Positions 20,880 to 31,445 of a DNA stretch of 64,000 bases are shown here, piece by piece. The notes below the pieces were generated by a model that did not search any database, had not been told where the DNA came from, and saw only the letters and a list, made by a program, of their open reading frames with translations. Source of the stretch: a virus (lineage: Duplodnaviria; Caudoviricetes); IMG/VR virus record IMGVR_UViG_3300043959_000228. One strand, 5' to 3'. Numbering within the stretch: position 1 is the first letter of the stretch; each line of letters opens with the position of its first letter. Both the position numbers and the translations under genes were made by a program.

Positions 20880-21631
20880 GTAAGATCACGTTTGATGGAG
20901 ACCGCATTCTTAATAAACCCGATATTAACTACGACGCGTATTTCAAATGGAGGCATGAGCAGCAACAGGATTTGAATCGTATTATGGCTGAGGAAGAGGC
21001 ATCGAATGCTGATAAGGCTTTAACATTATGGCAAGATATGATTCCTCATACGTATCAAAAAGCAACCATTGATTCGATACGATCCTACGAGCCACGGATT
21101 GCTGGACGTCTTGACTCCATGATTGATCAAGTTATCGAGCATCCATCTCATCCCATCCACTTAGCTTTAAGTTCTGAGATGATGTCCTATACTGGAGGTG
21201 ATGGTAAGACACATAAACGGCCAATTCGGGGTAAGACGTGGGCTGCATTCGCTTATGTTCACGATCTTATTGATCGTACATCGTATATTAGTGATCCATC
21301 CTCCCAAATCGTATATAAGATGGAGAGTGACATTATTGACGATATCTACAATTACAAAACTCGAACAACGGCTATGAGGACGTTAGTCAATAATCAAAGG
21401 AAGTTGTTGATTATTGACTCATGCGGACAGACGAATAGCAATGTTCGATCTGACGCGTTGAATAGACTAATTGACGCGGTGAATGCTAACGGTCATATTA
21501 CAATGATCCTCATCATATCATCTAATCAATGGGCCCTCGATGATTTCAAACCATTAGTAGCGCGATTACAGCCGCCACCACGTAGGATGAAATTACGCGC
21601 AGAGCCAGATACATTAGACACCGAGGAATAA
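20876..21631 (+). CDS. Divergent DnaC/IstB-like helicase-loader ATPase
   Basis: IPHTYQKATI, RGKTWAAF (Walker A remnant), LLIIDSCG (Walker B-like), ISSN; position downstream of dnaB. Confidence 0.5.
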   Translation: MSKITFDGDRILNKPDINYDAYFKWRHEQQQDLNRIMAEEEASNADKALTLWQDMIPHTYQKATIDSIRSYEPRIAGRLDSMIDQVIEHPSHPIHLALSSEMMSYTGGDGKTHKRPIRGKTWAAFAYVHDLIDRTSYISDPSSQIVYKMESDIIDDIYNYKTRTTAMRTLVNNQRKLLIIDSCGQTNSNVRSDALNRLIDAVNANGHITMILIISSNQWALDDFKPLVARLQPPPRRMKLRAEPDTLDTEE

Positions 21632-21657
21632 ATTAGATATTACGAAGGAGTTCATCC

Positions 21658-22575
21658 TTGCTGAATGCAGAGGATCTGAATATTGATCGTTCAGATATTA
21701 TGACCATGGCTATCATCGATTTAGGCCCCGATCTACCAGAATACGTTGAACGATCTAAACATTATCTTCATGATATGATGAATATGACCTTTCCACCAGA
21801 CGTACTTATGATTCAGGGCGTTAGGTGTGATACGCCGTCAATCTTATCTGATGTATCTCGATGCGGCTATCAAATTCATGATACGACGAGTGATACTGGC
21901 CTTGTTCATCGGAACACCACTGCTATCCATGAACACTTAGAGTTTGATCATAGCGAGAATCTTGAAATGAGCATGGTCGGTCGTGATGGTCGCTCACATC
22001 ATATCGCACCAGACTGTTTGATTGATGTCATTAAACATCATGGCTGGACCATTCGATTATACAATTATGAATCATTAGATGGGCCGTTCTATGAACATCA
22101 TCGTTCTCATCTATCAAGTTTGATTATTAACGATGCGTATCTTCATCAAAGGAAGGATCCAGAATATCTTCATGGTCTAATGTATCTTGGTGGGGATCTC
22201 CATGCTGATGATACGCATGATAGCGTTCGATTGTTACTAGGAAGGTCAATACAGCAAGGATGTGATCCGAGCGCTTGGATTGACGTATGGCCGATTCTAC
22301 ATAGTGATGATCATATGGATGGTTCAACCGAACGTCAGACATCAGTATTAGACAGTAGCGTTAAGATACCTCAATTGGTGAGAGCACGAAGAAACACTTT
22401 CTTCATGGCTTATGGTGATGTCCTAGGAAGAGCTGGATCACCAATAACGATAGATTTGAATGGTAATACAACGACTGATGAAGGCATACCGTACTCGAAT
22501 GATTATGGCCTGACAATGGACGTTTGGATACCACCATTTAATAGGTTCACTACTAACGACGATGAAGAGGAGTAA
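21658..22575 (+). CDS. Divergent endonuclease/exonuclease/phosphatase (EEP)-fold protein
   Basis: PDVLMIQGV, LGGDLHA, SNDYGL align with the EEP QE, GDFN and SDH motifs but are degenerate. Confidence 0.5.
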   Translation: MLNAEDLNIDRSDIMTMAIIDLGPDLPEYVERSKHYLHDMMNMTFPPDVLMIQGVRCDTPSILSDVSRCGYQIHDTTSDTGLVHRNTTAIHEHLEFDHSENLEMSMVGRDGRSHHIAPDCLIDVIKHHGWTIRLYNYESLDGPFYEHHRSHLSSLIINDAYLHQRKDPEYLHGLMYLGGDLHADDTHDSVRLLLGRSIQQGCDPSAWIDVWPILHSDDHMDGSTERQTSVLDSSVKIPQLVRARRNTFFMAYGDVLGRAGSPITIDLNGNTTTDEGIPYSNDYGLTMDVWIPPFNRFTTNDDEEE

Positions 22576-22583
22576 GTAAACAG

Positions 22584-23726
22584 ATGAATATCAATGAAGT
22601 CTTAAGACGCTACGATGATCATAGGCTAACTGTGGAGCCAGATTGGTCGTCAGTATCTATTCAAGAAGTACCAACGCCATGGAATGAGGGTCATGGTCAT
22701 ACGATACAAGCCACTTTCAGTGATCCTGTTCTTACGGGATATCGTGCAATGATCATTGAAGACACTATTGATCATGAGCCAGAACAAGATGAGGATCTTA
22801 TTTCTCCTCATCGTATCACGACTATGGTCGTTCGATATCCTAGGATGATTCTCCCAGAGTTCAATACGCATAGAGTATTCAGTAGGAATAGTGCTTCGAG
22901 TAGAGCGCGGAGCATCAAGACGACTTTACGTCCAGTCATTGAGGATCCGATGATTCCATTATGGACGCAGAATCAGAAGGGCATGGGCGGATCGTTCGCT
23001 ACTATTGATCATGCTCGATCAGCTGCTGTAACGTGGATGAAGGCTCGTGATGCTGCTGTTGAAAGCATGTTACGATTACTCATGAGCCCATCAGAAGTTT
23101 CAGATTACGCGCGGGTTGAGGATTGGGAGACGAGAGCTAATCGATACGATAGGGAGTATAAGGCCCAATCCGTGCCGAATGCTTGGTCAAATATTCATAA
23201 ACAGGACGCTAACAGGCTGTTGGAGCCATGGATGTGGCATGAAACTTTAGTTACATCAACGTATTGGAAGAATTTCTATGATCTGCGAATCAGTGAATAT
23301 GCTCAACCCGAGATCAAGGCTATTGCCATTCTGATGCAGGCCGTTATGAAGCAGAGTCTTGACCATCATGTTCTCCGATACGATGCTCTTCATATACCAT
23401 TCATGGATAGGCAATCAGTTAACGACACTATTTCATGGGGAGATCTGGAAGAGATATTACTAGCTTCAGCTTCAGAATGTGCGAGAATATCCTATAATGA
23501 TAGGGACGTGATGAAGAATAAGGACCTCGGATTAGGTAGAAAATTGCTTGAACAAAAGCATATGAGTCCTTTTGAGCATATAGCTTGGTCGAGCGACGAA
23601 TCGGAGTACGCCAAGTATCCAGCTATCATAGAAGCTATGGATTCAATTCATAATAGGAATCTTAGTTCTAATCTTAGTGATGACTGGATACAATTCCGAC
23701 GCGTGGTCAGTGCACGAGAGCAATAA
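22584..23726 (+). CDS. thyX: FAD-dependent thymidylate synthase (phage/plasmid type)
   Basis: EFNTHRVFSRNSASSRA, HKQDANRLLEPW, AQPEI, CARISY, HMSPFEH. Confidence 0.88.
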   Translation: MNINEVLRRYDDHRLTVEPDWSSVSIQEVPTPWNEGHGHTIQATFSDPVLTGYRAMIIEDTIDHEPEQDEDLISPHRITTMVVRYPRMILPEFNTHRVFSRNSASSRARSIKTTLRPVIEDPMIPLWTQNQKGMGGSFATIDHARSAAVTWMKARDAAVESMLRLLMSPSEVSDYARVEDWETRANRYDREYKAQSVPNAWSNIHKQDANRLLEPWMWHETLVTSTYWKNFYDLRISEYAQPEIKAIAILMQAVMKQSLDHHVLRYDALHIPFMDRQSVNDTISWGDLEEILLASASECARISYNDRDVMKNKDLGLGRKLLEQKHMSPFEHIAWSSDESEYAKYPAIIEAMDSIHNRNLSSNLSDDWIQFRRVVSAREQ

Positions 23727-23759
23727 CGAGCATGGCGTCCTGTTGGTATAATGTTCCTT

Positions 23760-25025
23760 ATGGACAAAGGGCTTATCACAATTGCGCATCTATCAGATCT
23801 GCATTTAGGATACCACTCAGGACGTCGAAGAAACAAGAAGGGCGTTAATTGGCGTGAAGTTGATGGGTACGTCGCTTTCAAACGCATGGTTACAGACATC
23901 ATCAACGATGGTAGCATTGACGCTGTCCTCGTCGCTGGTGATGTCTTCCATACGCCTAATCCATCGGTGAGAACTGTTGGATTCGCTCAACGAGAGTTCC
24001 GGAGACTAGCCGATGCTGGTTTGAGAGTATACATTCTTACTGGCAATCACGATGTGAGTGATGTTAAGACCGAGATGGCCGCGACTGCTCTTCTGAATGA
24101 TCCTAGTAGACATATCTACGCGCATTGGGAGGCATACGCTGTCCACGAGATTGCTCCTAACGTATTACTACATATGGTCAGTCATCACCTATATCAAGAA
24201 CAGGCTGCCACATGGGATACGATTAAGCCGAATGCTGGCGCAATCAATATCTTCTCGACACATGGTAGCGTTATCGACCCCATCACCAAGTTAGCTCTGC
24301 ATACTGAGGCGTCACCACGCGAGGTCATCATACCAGATGAGATCGTTGAGGGGCGTGACTGGAATTACCGGTTGTTAGGTCATATTCACGAACGGGGCTT
24401 CGTCGGCAGTTCTGATGGTTTGCATGACACGGCTAAACTCAAAACCTATTACAATGGATCGGCTATAAGACGAGGATTCTCCGATGCTCCGGATCGATTG
24501 GATAGAGGATGGACAAAATGGACGATCTTACAATCTGGTATCATGATACCACAATTCAAAACTGTTGCACAGCGTCCACAGATTGATTTTCCGGTCATCA
24601 ACGCTCAGGATCTCAGCGCGGCCGACGTGACTGATGTTATCATCGATAATCTTACGTCGTCGTTATCTGATGCAGGAGAGGATGATGGATCGGGGGAGTC
24701 ATGGTCGGCCGCGCCTATACTGAGGCAGCGTGTGATGAATATCACGCCAGAGAAGAAACGGGCGATTGACTATCAAGCAATATCCAAATGGTCTAGTAAG
24801 GCTCTTACTTGGGGTCTCCCGATGAAGAATGATGATACGCCAGATGAGGAAGACAGCATCATTCGATTAGGCCAATCAACAGGAACGATATCTGAACAAT
24901 TCGATACGTGGCTTAAAGATAGTGATGCTTACACTCGCTTACAGGACGCCATCAAGGAACAAGTCGCTGATGAGACGAAACGATTAATCAAACAAAGTCA
25001 AGACGCTGTTCTTGACGAGGCTTAA
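23760..25025 (+). CDS. sbcD: SbcD/Mre11 metallophosphoesterase nuclease
   Basis: SDLHLG, AGDVFH, GNHD, THG, LGHIH, YNGS; leaderless start 7 nt after TGGTATAAT. Confidence 0.88.
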   Translation: MDKGLITIAHLSDLHLGYHSGRRRNKKGVNWREVDGYVAFKRMVTDIINDGSIDAVLVAGDVFHTPNPSVRTVGFAQREFRRLADAGLRVYILTGNHDVSDVKTEMAATALLNDPSRHIYAHWEAYAVHEIAPNVLLHMVSHHLYQEQAATWDTIKPNAGAINIFSTHGSVIDPITKLALHTEASPREVIIPDEIVEGRDWNYRLLGHIHERGFVGSSDGLHDTAKLKTYYNGSAIRRGFSDAPDRLDRGWTKWTILQSGIMIPQFKTVAQRPQIDFPVINAQDLSAADVTDVIIDNLTSSLSDAGEDDGSGESWSAAPILRQRVMNITPEKKRAIDYQAISKWSSKALTWGLPMKNDDTPDEEDSIIRLGQSTGTISEQFDTWLKDSDAYTRLQDAIKEQVADETKRLIKQSQDAVLDEA

Positions 25026-25038
25026 GGAGCAGAGACAA

Positions 25039-25992
25039 ATGGACAATCAAAAGCCAGACGTCGGGAAACAGGAAACTGATCAAGTAGCAATAGATGACAC
25101 CAACGCTGTTCAGAAGGATCAGAAAGACTCCTCTAACGCCAATAAGAGAATGACCCTTAAATCGTTCTTCTGGTCATGGCGTCTTATCGTTGTCATACTA
25201 ATATTCGTGTTGGCTATCGGAGGACCGATATCATGGGTAACATGGATACAGCCAATGATCGCAACAAATACAGCTAAGGAGATAGGATCAACAACCGTCG
25301 TATCGTATCAGCATTCATGGAAGAAGGGAACGCTCGATAAAACTCTTGTAGATGATCTTAATATTAACGAGTCTCAATACTCTCTCGTTTATAAGGATCA
25401 GGGATTGACGACCAATAAATCTATTGGCCGATCTGGCGACACGTCATGTCTAGTATTCAAGGGTGATGGTAGGACACCGAATCATCATGTAAAACTCGTT
25501 CTATCATTCGGTGATGATAAATCGAGGAATCTGTTATCAGAACAGGCGACACAATTAGCTTATGGTATGAAGAAGGGTACGATCAGCGTGGAGACATGTT
25601 TCCTGCTATCTGATACTGAGTATTCTGCATTAGCTCTTGAGGCGCTTGGTGAGATTGACTTCAATGATCCATCCTATACATGGCAGGCATTACAATCACT
25701 AGCTCAGGTTGACACATCGTCATTCAGTAATACCAACGATATGGTCAAGGCTATTCTCAAGATAGTATCATCGTTAAAGAATAGCGGATTCCAAGAAGGT
25801 ACGAAGAGCACGATCAGCGAGAAATCCTTGAAAACTGGCTCGTTTATTCAATGGGCGAGAGTTATGACGAATGCGAATACCGTAAAGACCATACCAGCGT
25901 TCTTCTTGGACGGAGATAATCTTTCTAATATCAGCGATTTTAAGATGTATAACCCAGATGCGTTGTACCAGAAGATTGAGGCATTGAAGTAG
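25039..25992 (+). CDS. Membrane-anchored DsbA/thioredoxin-fold-like protein lacking CxxC
   Basis: Single TM; C-terminal TIPAFFLDG cis-Pro-like motif; no CxxC at the expected position. Confidence 0.45.
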   Translation: MDNQKPDVGKQETDQVAIDDTNAVQKDQKDSSNANKRMTLKSFFWSWRLIVVILIFVLAIGGPISWVTWIQPMIATNTAKEIGSTTVVSYQHSWKKGTLDKTLVDDLNINESQYSLVYKDQGLTTNKSIGRSGDTSCLVFKGDGRTPNHHVKLVLSFGDDKSRNLLSEQATQLAYGMKKGTISVETCFLLSDTEYSALALEALGEIDFNDPSYTWQALQSLAQVDTSSFSNTNDMVKAILKIVSSLKNSGFQEGTKSTISEKSLKTGSFIQWARVMTNANTVKTIPAFFLDGDNLSNISDFKMYNPDALYQKIEALK

Positions 25993-26027
25993 TTCCCGTA
26001 AATTAAGCGAAGACATATCTTATTTGT

Positions 26028-27626
26028 ATGGCTATAGAAAAAGGACTTAAACGATTCCGACAGTCAGTGACGGATAAGTCAAGTTTAGATAACGATGTGA
26101 AAGACGAGAGTATTCTACGTTCGAGAATGGCTTCTGAGAATAATACGATATCTCGATTAGACTTGCAGACATTAATGTCATCAAATGAGAATTTGATTAA
26201 GCCATATTGGGGTATCGTCCTATCCTGTGTGGAGTGGATTTATTCCGAGGCTAGTAATAAGGAGAGGGGTAGGCTTGTCTATTTACTAGCTGAGGGCGGA
26301 TCTGCCGATAGGAGCACGAAGAAAGGACAGCAGAATTACGAGCGAGCGTCTGCAAGAATCAGGACGATGGCGTCTGAGTATCTTACTCGAAATAATCAGA
26401 GCATGTATGTCAATGGTCGTCAATTGCAGCCAGAGGTTGCGTATCAGTTAATCGTCAATGAAATGTTAGGACTGGGTATTATTGATCCTATTTGGAATAA
26501 TACTGATCCCAGATTCAAAGTCGAAGAGGTCTGGATTGATGGACCTGATCGAGTTCGTATATCAGTGAATGGTCAGAAGAAGATTGTTCGAGCGGCAAAA
26601 TTTAAAGACGCTGATCATGTCATGGCTTTCTGTAACACTATTTTGCAACAGGCTAAGCGAGACGATCTTCATATCGATACGAAGCATCCTTATGTGGATG
26701 CCCGTCTAAAGGACTTATCCCGTGTAGCCATAGCGTCAACGGCTATCGTTCCAGGTGGCCCGATCGTGTCTATCAGGCGACATCCTACCGAGTACTTCAC
26801 CATTACTCAATTTGATCAATGGGGAACCTGCAATAAGGCTATGTGGTGTGATCTAGCCAAGTGGATGTCCGCTCGTCTTTCCATTCTTGTCATCGGTGAG
26901 ACTGGATCAGGTAAGACGTCCTTCCTTGATGCTCTATCAGGATTGTTCCCACAATCATCAAGAATCATGACCATTGAGGACGTACTTGAGTTGGAGCTGA
27001 ATCCTAATAAGCCGTTTAAGGTTCCCGGTGGTGAGAAACGTGAGCCGAATAAGAGCGGTGAGGGTGGCTTCACTATTAGGGATCACGTTAAGATGAGTCT
27101 TCGTATGGCCCCAGATATTGTGGTTATCGGTGAGGTCAGGGATCAGGCCGCGTACGATCTAGTCGACGCTGCTAACACTGGTCATAACGTGTTCTCAACC
27201 ATTCACGCTAACGGTCCTGACGATGCTATTGTACGATTAACGAACTTAATTTCCATGGGCGGTGAGATCAGTGGACCTAACGCTCTTCCTATGATTGCTT
27301 CTGCTTTTGATTTGATTGTGTATCTTGACCGTTTATCTGACGGATCACGTAAAGTTATGAACATTAGTGAGGTCGATTCATATCCTAAAATGAATCCAGC
27401 CACTGGCAATGTCACTGTAGCTACATTTCCATTATGGGAGTATCAGCAGACAGGCGTATCCAAGGATAGTCGAATCATCGGAGACTTCAAGAAAGTCGGT
27501 TCATTGAAACCTATTACAGTCGCCCGACATCGTATTGATTTCCTTCCTGATTTCTCATGGGATGATTGCGTGAAACTCGAAGGATTCCCGAATGGCATGG
27601 CCACTAAGATTCCGAGTAAATTCTAA
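26028..27626 (+). CDS. tadA: TadA/CpaF (VirB11-family) secretion ATPase
   Basis: GLGIIDP, VDARL, SIRRH, Walker A GETGSGKTS, TIEDVLEL, LRMAPDIVVIGEVR, TGH...STIHAN. Confidence 0.9.
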   Translation: MAIEKGLKRFRQSVTDKSSLDNDVKDESILRSRMASENNTISRLDLQTLMSSNENLIKPYWGIVLSCVEWIYSEASNKERGRLVYLLAEGGSADRSTKKGQQNYERASARIRTMASEYLTRNNQSMYVNGRQLQPEVAYQLIVNEMLGLGIIDPIWNNTDPRFKVEEVWIDGPDRVRISVNGQKKIVRAAKFKDADHVMAFCNTILQQAKRDDLHIDTKHPYVDARLKDLSRVAIASTAIVPGGPIVSIRRHPTEYFTITQFDQWGTCNKAMWCDLAKWMSARLSILVIGETGSGKTSFLDALSGLFPQSSRIMTIEDVLELELNPNKPFKVPGGEKREPNKSGEGGFTIRDHVKMSLRMAPDIVVIGEVRDQAAYDLVDAANTGHNVFSTIHANGPDDAIVRLTNLISMGGEISGPNALPMIASAFDLIVYLDRLSDGSRKVMNISEVDSYPKMNPATGNVTVATFPLWEYQQTGVSKDSRIIGDFKKVGSLKPITVARHRIDFLPDFSWDDCVKLEGFPNGMATKIPSKF

Positions 27627-27631
27627 CCATC

Positions 27632-27651
27632 CTTGATATCTACATCATATG
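27632..27651 (+). promoter_or_regulatory. ATATCT-N7-ATG leaderless promoter motif (representative copy; identical 20-mer at 41991-42010)
   Basis: CTTGATATCTACATCATATG precedes both tadB and the IntC-FtsK gene; the same spacing recurs at 6674, 26028, 29408, 39311(-), 39371 and, as ATATAT, at 4600. Confidence 0.7.
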
Positions 27652-28623
27652 ACGAACATATTCTCGAATAACGCGATGCTCCTTGTCGAAGGAGCTGTAG
27701 CTTTAGCTTGTGTAGGCTTGGTCTTATTAGTGGCCATGCTCATATCAAATTATTGGTCTAAATACTCCGCCAAGGTTGCTTTAGATCGACAATTTGATGA
27801 ACAGTTCTCACCCGAAATTGGTGTTGAACAGAAAACGAAGAAAAATAATTTCATGCTGAAATGGGATAAATTCTGGGAGAAACGTCTTGTTGATTCCGGT
27901 ATTAATTTCATGGCGGCCAATCGATCTAACGCTGGCAAGATAGTTATTTATTTTGATATAGCTGCTCTAGCCCTGTTAACGCTAATCTTCGGTGGATCTA
28001 TCCTAGGTGCGGCGATTATCGTTGTAGCGGCTAATATTATAGCCGCCTACGCTCTAGGATTCATAGCCAACAAGAAACTACAGACCCTATCTGGTCAAGT
28101 CCCTGAATTCCTATCAGCTCTTAGTGCTGCAAACGACGCCTCTGGTGCCTTGCAGCCATCATTGATACAGGCCATAGGGACAACACCGAATGAATTGCAC
28201 GAGGAATTACGTCCAGTTGAGGAAAGCCTGGCAGCAGGTGGCCAACTTAGAACTGTTCTAACTGATTTCTATAATACGACCGTAGTTGACGAGCTTCGAT
28301 TCCTCGTAGCCTGTATCATCATGGCCGACGAATCTGGTAAGGATATTAAGGGTCAGTTAGTTATCATACAGGATGTCGTTAACTCAAGAATGGAGATCGC
28401 TCGACATTTGAGTAAAGCCATTGCATCAATTATGCCTACAGTATGGGTTGCTACGATATTCATCCCAGCGATGTTCTTATACACCTATCTTGCTCAGCCA
28501 TTAGCAAGGACATTCTGGTTCCATAGTTTCCTGAGTTGGATACTACTCTTCGTCATTATCGGATTGTATCTCCTTGGTATTTGGGTGGCCAATCATCAAG
28601 TAGAGAATATTAAGAAACTATAA
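27649..28623 (+). CDS. tadB: TadB-like (T2SSF domain) pilus assembly membrane protein
   Basis: QVPEFLSALS...G.L..SL pattern with flanking TMs; directly after the tadA-like gene. Confidence 0.75.
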   Translation: MTNIFSNNAMLLVEGAVALACVGLVLLVAMLISNYWSKYSAKVALDRQFDEQFSPEIGVEQKTKKNNFMLKWDKFWEKRLVDSGINFMAANRSNAGKIVIYFDIAALALLTLIFGGSILGAAIIVVAANIIAAYALGFIANKKLQTLSGQVPEFLSALSAANDASGALQPSLIQAIGTTPNELHEELRPVEESLAAGGQLRTVLTDFYNTTVVDELRFLVACIIMADESGKDIKGQLVIIQDVVNSRMEIARHLSKAIASIMPTVWVATIFIPAMFLYTYLAQPLARTFWFHSFLSWILLFVIIGLYLLGIWVANHQVENIKKL

Positions 28624-28653
28624 GACAGTAACTTGTCAAGAACGTGATCGTCA

Positions 28654-28696
28654 ATCATCTGAGGCGCCCATAATGATTATGGACGCCTCAGATGAT
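28654..28696. terminator. Hairpin terminator after tadB
   Basis: ATCATCTGAGGCG-c-CCATAA...TTATGG-a-CGCCTCAGATGAT inverted repeat. Confidence 0.7.
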
Positions 28697-28760
28697 GTTT
28701 GCCTGACGTATAAATAGCCTCGACTCTAGGAAAGGGTATATATATATTGGCTTTAGAATA

Positions 28761-28847
28761 GACAGAACCGCCGGTTCCTCGGACGTAGACACCATATCTG
28801 TATAATTATGGGTCATGCTACTTGCATCCGAGGACGGCGGCCTAGAA
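28761..28847 (+). repeat. Repeat family A, copy 1 (~87-bp imperfect palindrome)
   Basis: GACAGAACCGCCGGTTCCTCGGACG...AATTATGGGT...CATCCGAGGACGGCGGCCTAGAA. Confidence 0.9.
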
Positions 28848-28859
28848 AGCGTCTTAGAA

Positions 28860-29324
28860 TTATTCCTCTACAACAGAAATAGACCCTGGATGGATACCGG
28901 ATATCTTGAATGTTCTGAACTGGGTATCGTCCTCAAATAGTCTACCACCAATGTAATCATCATCGACATACGATCCATCACCATCATGATCAAAGATAAG
29001 AATCGTCTTATTCGATGTAAGACCCTTAGCATCGGTGTATACAAAGCTTACGAGTAATCTCTTGCTATCATTGACACTTTTATGAGCATACTTAGATAAC
29101 GCATTGTCTGATACAGTGCTGTCATTTAATGTCTTATCAAGATACGATGTTTTCACTGGCTGATCCTTTGTAGTATATCGATCAAATGATACCTCGGTAT
29201 GCGCATCATCTATCGCTCTTAGCGGAGAGGTCTCGGCATATGTTCTATCAATAACGGTAAACGTACCACTTTTACGCGTCTCATCAAAATCAAGTACAAT
29301 CTTCATTATGTCCTCCTTAGACAT
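28860..29324 (-). CDS. Hypothetical protein (WYL-like C-terminal beta pattern possible)
   Basis: AAGGAGG SD suggests a start near 29306; VSFVYTDAKG...RTFKISGI resembles the WYL fold. Confidence 0.5.
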   Translation of the reverse strand: MSKEDIMKIVLDFDETRKSGTFTVIDRTYAETSPLRAIDDAHTEVSFDRYTTKDQPVKTSYLDKTLNDSTVSDNALSKYAHKSVNDSKRLLVSFVYTDAKGLTSNKTILIFDHDGDGSYVDDDYIGGRLFEDDTQFRTFKISGIHPGSISVVEE

Positions 29325-29407
29325 ATTAATAACCCGTGCAATACTTATATTACCAATTCAACAAGTAATAATGGTCTTTTACAAGATGACATGAATATCT
29401 ATATATT

Positions 29408-29782
29408 ATGAGAACCATGTTGAATAACGCGGAATTAGAAGAAGAGATTGACGATGCATGGGAGCATTTCCTCCTACGATACTCCGCACCAAGATTGCAT
29501 ATTCATTTTGAGGAACCAACGTGTCAGGACGTCGATGGAACCTGGATTTGGATGGAGGCAGATGGTTACTCCATCTTGACCATCAATCATCTTCATATGT
29601 CTAAAATCGTTACCCAGGATCTTGATGAAGCTATCTTCAAAGCCATTTATCCATCACTTCAAGATCTTGCGTCGACAATGGAAGGATCGTATGACGATAA
29701 TATTTTAACGTTATCATCATACGTCAGCGAACGCTGTCATATAAGAGCTTTACAGGAATTATCGTTACAGACGATCAAATAA
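29408..29782 (+). CDS. Hypothetical protein
   Basis: ORF preceded by ATATCT-N7-ATG. Confidence 0.6.
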   Translation: MRTMLNNAELEEEIDDAWEHFLLRYSAPRLHIHFEEPTCQDVDGTWIWMEADGYSILTINHLHMSKIVTQDLDEAIFKAIYPSLQDLASTMEGSYDDNILTLSSYVSERCHIRALQELSLQTIK

Positions 29783-31387
29783 CCTCATAATCTCATCTTT
29801 ATGATCGAGTAATGGACGATAATCAAACTTTGATGAATACTCCGCAGGAGTATGTCTCAATGACGAAGGCTCTCCGTTGGCCTTCCAATTCATCCATAAT
29901 TCACCAGCTCTAGCAAAGATTTCTGTTGGCGCAATATAATGCTTCAATTCACTGTTCGAGACCTTCGTTGTATCAAATCGTTGCTGATAATCGTTGACTA
30001 TCTTCTTGAACTCTGGCCTCATTGACAATTGATGTCCATTAGCGTCTGTAGTAAAATCAATATGATGCATATACTCATGCGTGAATGATGACGGAGACCT
30101 AGGATCGACGGCTATATTTTTATTTGATGGCGTATACACGCCATTAGCGTGATGGCGTCCAGTCATTCTAAATCTAAAATCTGCTGGCACTCTCTGTTTC
30201 GGTAATTGTTGTCGATATGTAGCGTATTCCTTCGATATCGAGGTGAACTTCGCGAGATCGACACTATCGTCAACCTCTATATGTCCGAAATCACGAGCAA
30301 ATGATGAGGATAGGCCAGCTTGTACATGCTTCGGGTCAAGATTCTTTTTATCTTCGTAAACCGTTGCTGCATTCCGAGTATCTGCCCTGCGCTTATATTG
30401 CCTATTCAGCTCGTTATTCCGTTCATCGTTCAATGATGACGATAACTCATCAAGGATAGCGTCATTCACTCGTAACCCAGCATGGATACACGATGTCCGA
30501 GAGAATCTCAATGACGGACCTTTTCTCTGCATAGGATCCTTCTCCTCAGCTATCGCCTTATCATAGGCCTGAAGAACTATTCTAGGATCATCGCTATCGC
30601 ATCCAATGTTCTGAGCTAAATCATGAATCATATGGTCGTCATACGACTGATTCACTAAGGCGTATGGGGACTTCTCTCGATCTAATAAGCCAGCAACTAT
30701 ATGCTCCCTATACTCTAGCTGCTCTTTAGGATGATCGTCAAGAACATGATCGTCGACAGCATCAATAACCGTATGGACGGCCATCAATTGCCCAGCGTCA
30801 ACAACATGGACTTTCTGACCACCACGCTTGAACGTCGCGAATGATTTTAATGCCGAGGAACCGCTAGCACCCTGAACAACGATATATTGATCACCACGTC
30901 CATCAGTAAATAACAATGAATCACCGCCATGATACCGTAAATATGACAATTCAGAATTCATTGGATCTGAAAGTTCTCCAGTCAGCGTCTTCACGTCATG
31001 GGTCTTAAAGACGTGACAGAGCATTTCAGGAGCGTCCTGTTTGAGGTCACCATCATAATTCCTCAATAAATATCTTCCAAGTTTGGTTACACCCTTCACG
31101 CCGGTGTCATCTGGCTTCAATGTAGGAATAGAACCATTGCGTTCATCTGATAACGATACTCTATCAGACAATAATGTTGTGAGTCTAGTAGTACTCTGAT
31201 CAGACGATTCCTGCTCATCTTGCCGATGCAACGAATCATGGATTTGACGCTCGTTATAATCGTCCATAGCCGACGGAGAATACTCTACATGGCTATCAGA
31301 TCGATGGAATCTACATTTTGCTGGATCCTTCGCTCGGCATTTACTCATCATACCAGTAGATTGTGATACACCCATCCAAGTAGTCAT
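29765..31387 (-). CDS. Polyvalent-protein-like: N-terminal CCHH module plus C-terminal zincin/LPD1-like domain
   Basis: CRAKDPAKCRFH...H; SFTHEYMHHID (HExxH) and PTEIFARAGE. Confidence 0.7.
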   Translation of the reverse strand: MTTWMGVSQSTGMMSKCRAKDPAKCRFHRSDSHVEYSPSAMDDYNERQIHDSLHRQDEQESSDQSTTRLTTLLSDRVSLSDERNGSIPTLKPDDTGVKGVTKLGRYLLRNYDGDLKQDAPEMLCHVFKTHDVKTLTGELSDPMNSELSYLRYHGGDSLLFTDGRGDQYIVVQGASGSSALKSFATFKRGGQKVHVVDAGQLMAVHTVIDAVDDHVLDDHPKEQLEYREHIVAGLLDREKSPYALVNQSYDDHMIHDLAQNIGCDSDDPRIVLQAYDKAIAEEKDPMQRKGPSLRFSRTSCIHAGLRVNDAILDELSSSLNDERNNELNRQYKRRADTRNAATVYEDKKNLDPKHVQAGLSSSFARDFGHIEVDDSVDLAKFTSISKEYATYRQQLPKQRVPADFRFRMTGRHHANGVYTPSNKNIAVDPRSPSSFTHEYMHHIDFTTDANGHQLSMRPEFKKIVNDYQQRFDTTKVSNSELKHYIAPTEIFARAGELWMNWKANGEPSSLRHTPAEYSSKFDYRPLLDHKDEIMRLFDRL

Positions 31388-31445
31388 TATTGTACTCCTA
31401 TGATTGATTCGTCATATAGAATATATCATAAGTCTAGCTCTGTAG

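Noticed and set aside
28761-28847. Repeat A as group II intron domain V (GAACCGCCG...ACGGCGG resembles class IIC D5)
   Set aside because: The element is much longer than D5 and lacks the short capped stem; no D6, other intron domains or RT gene are nearby.
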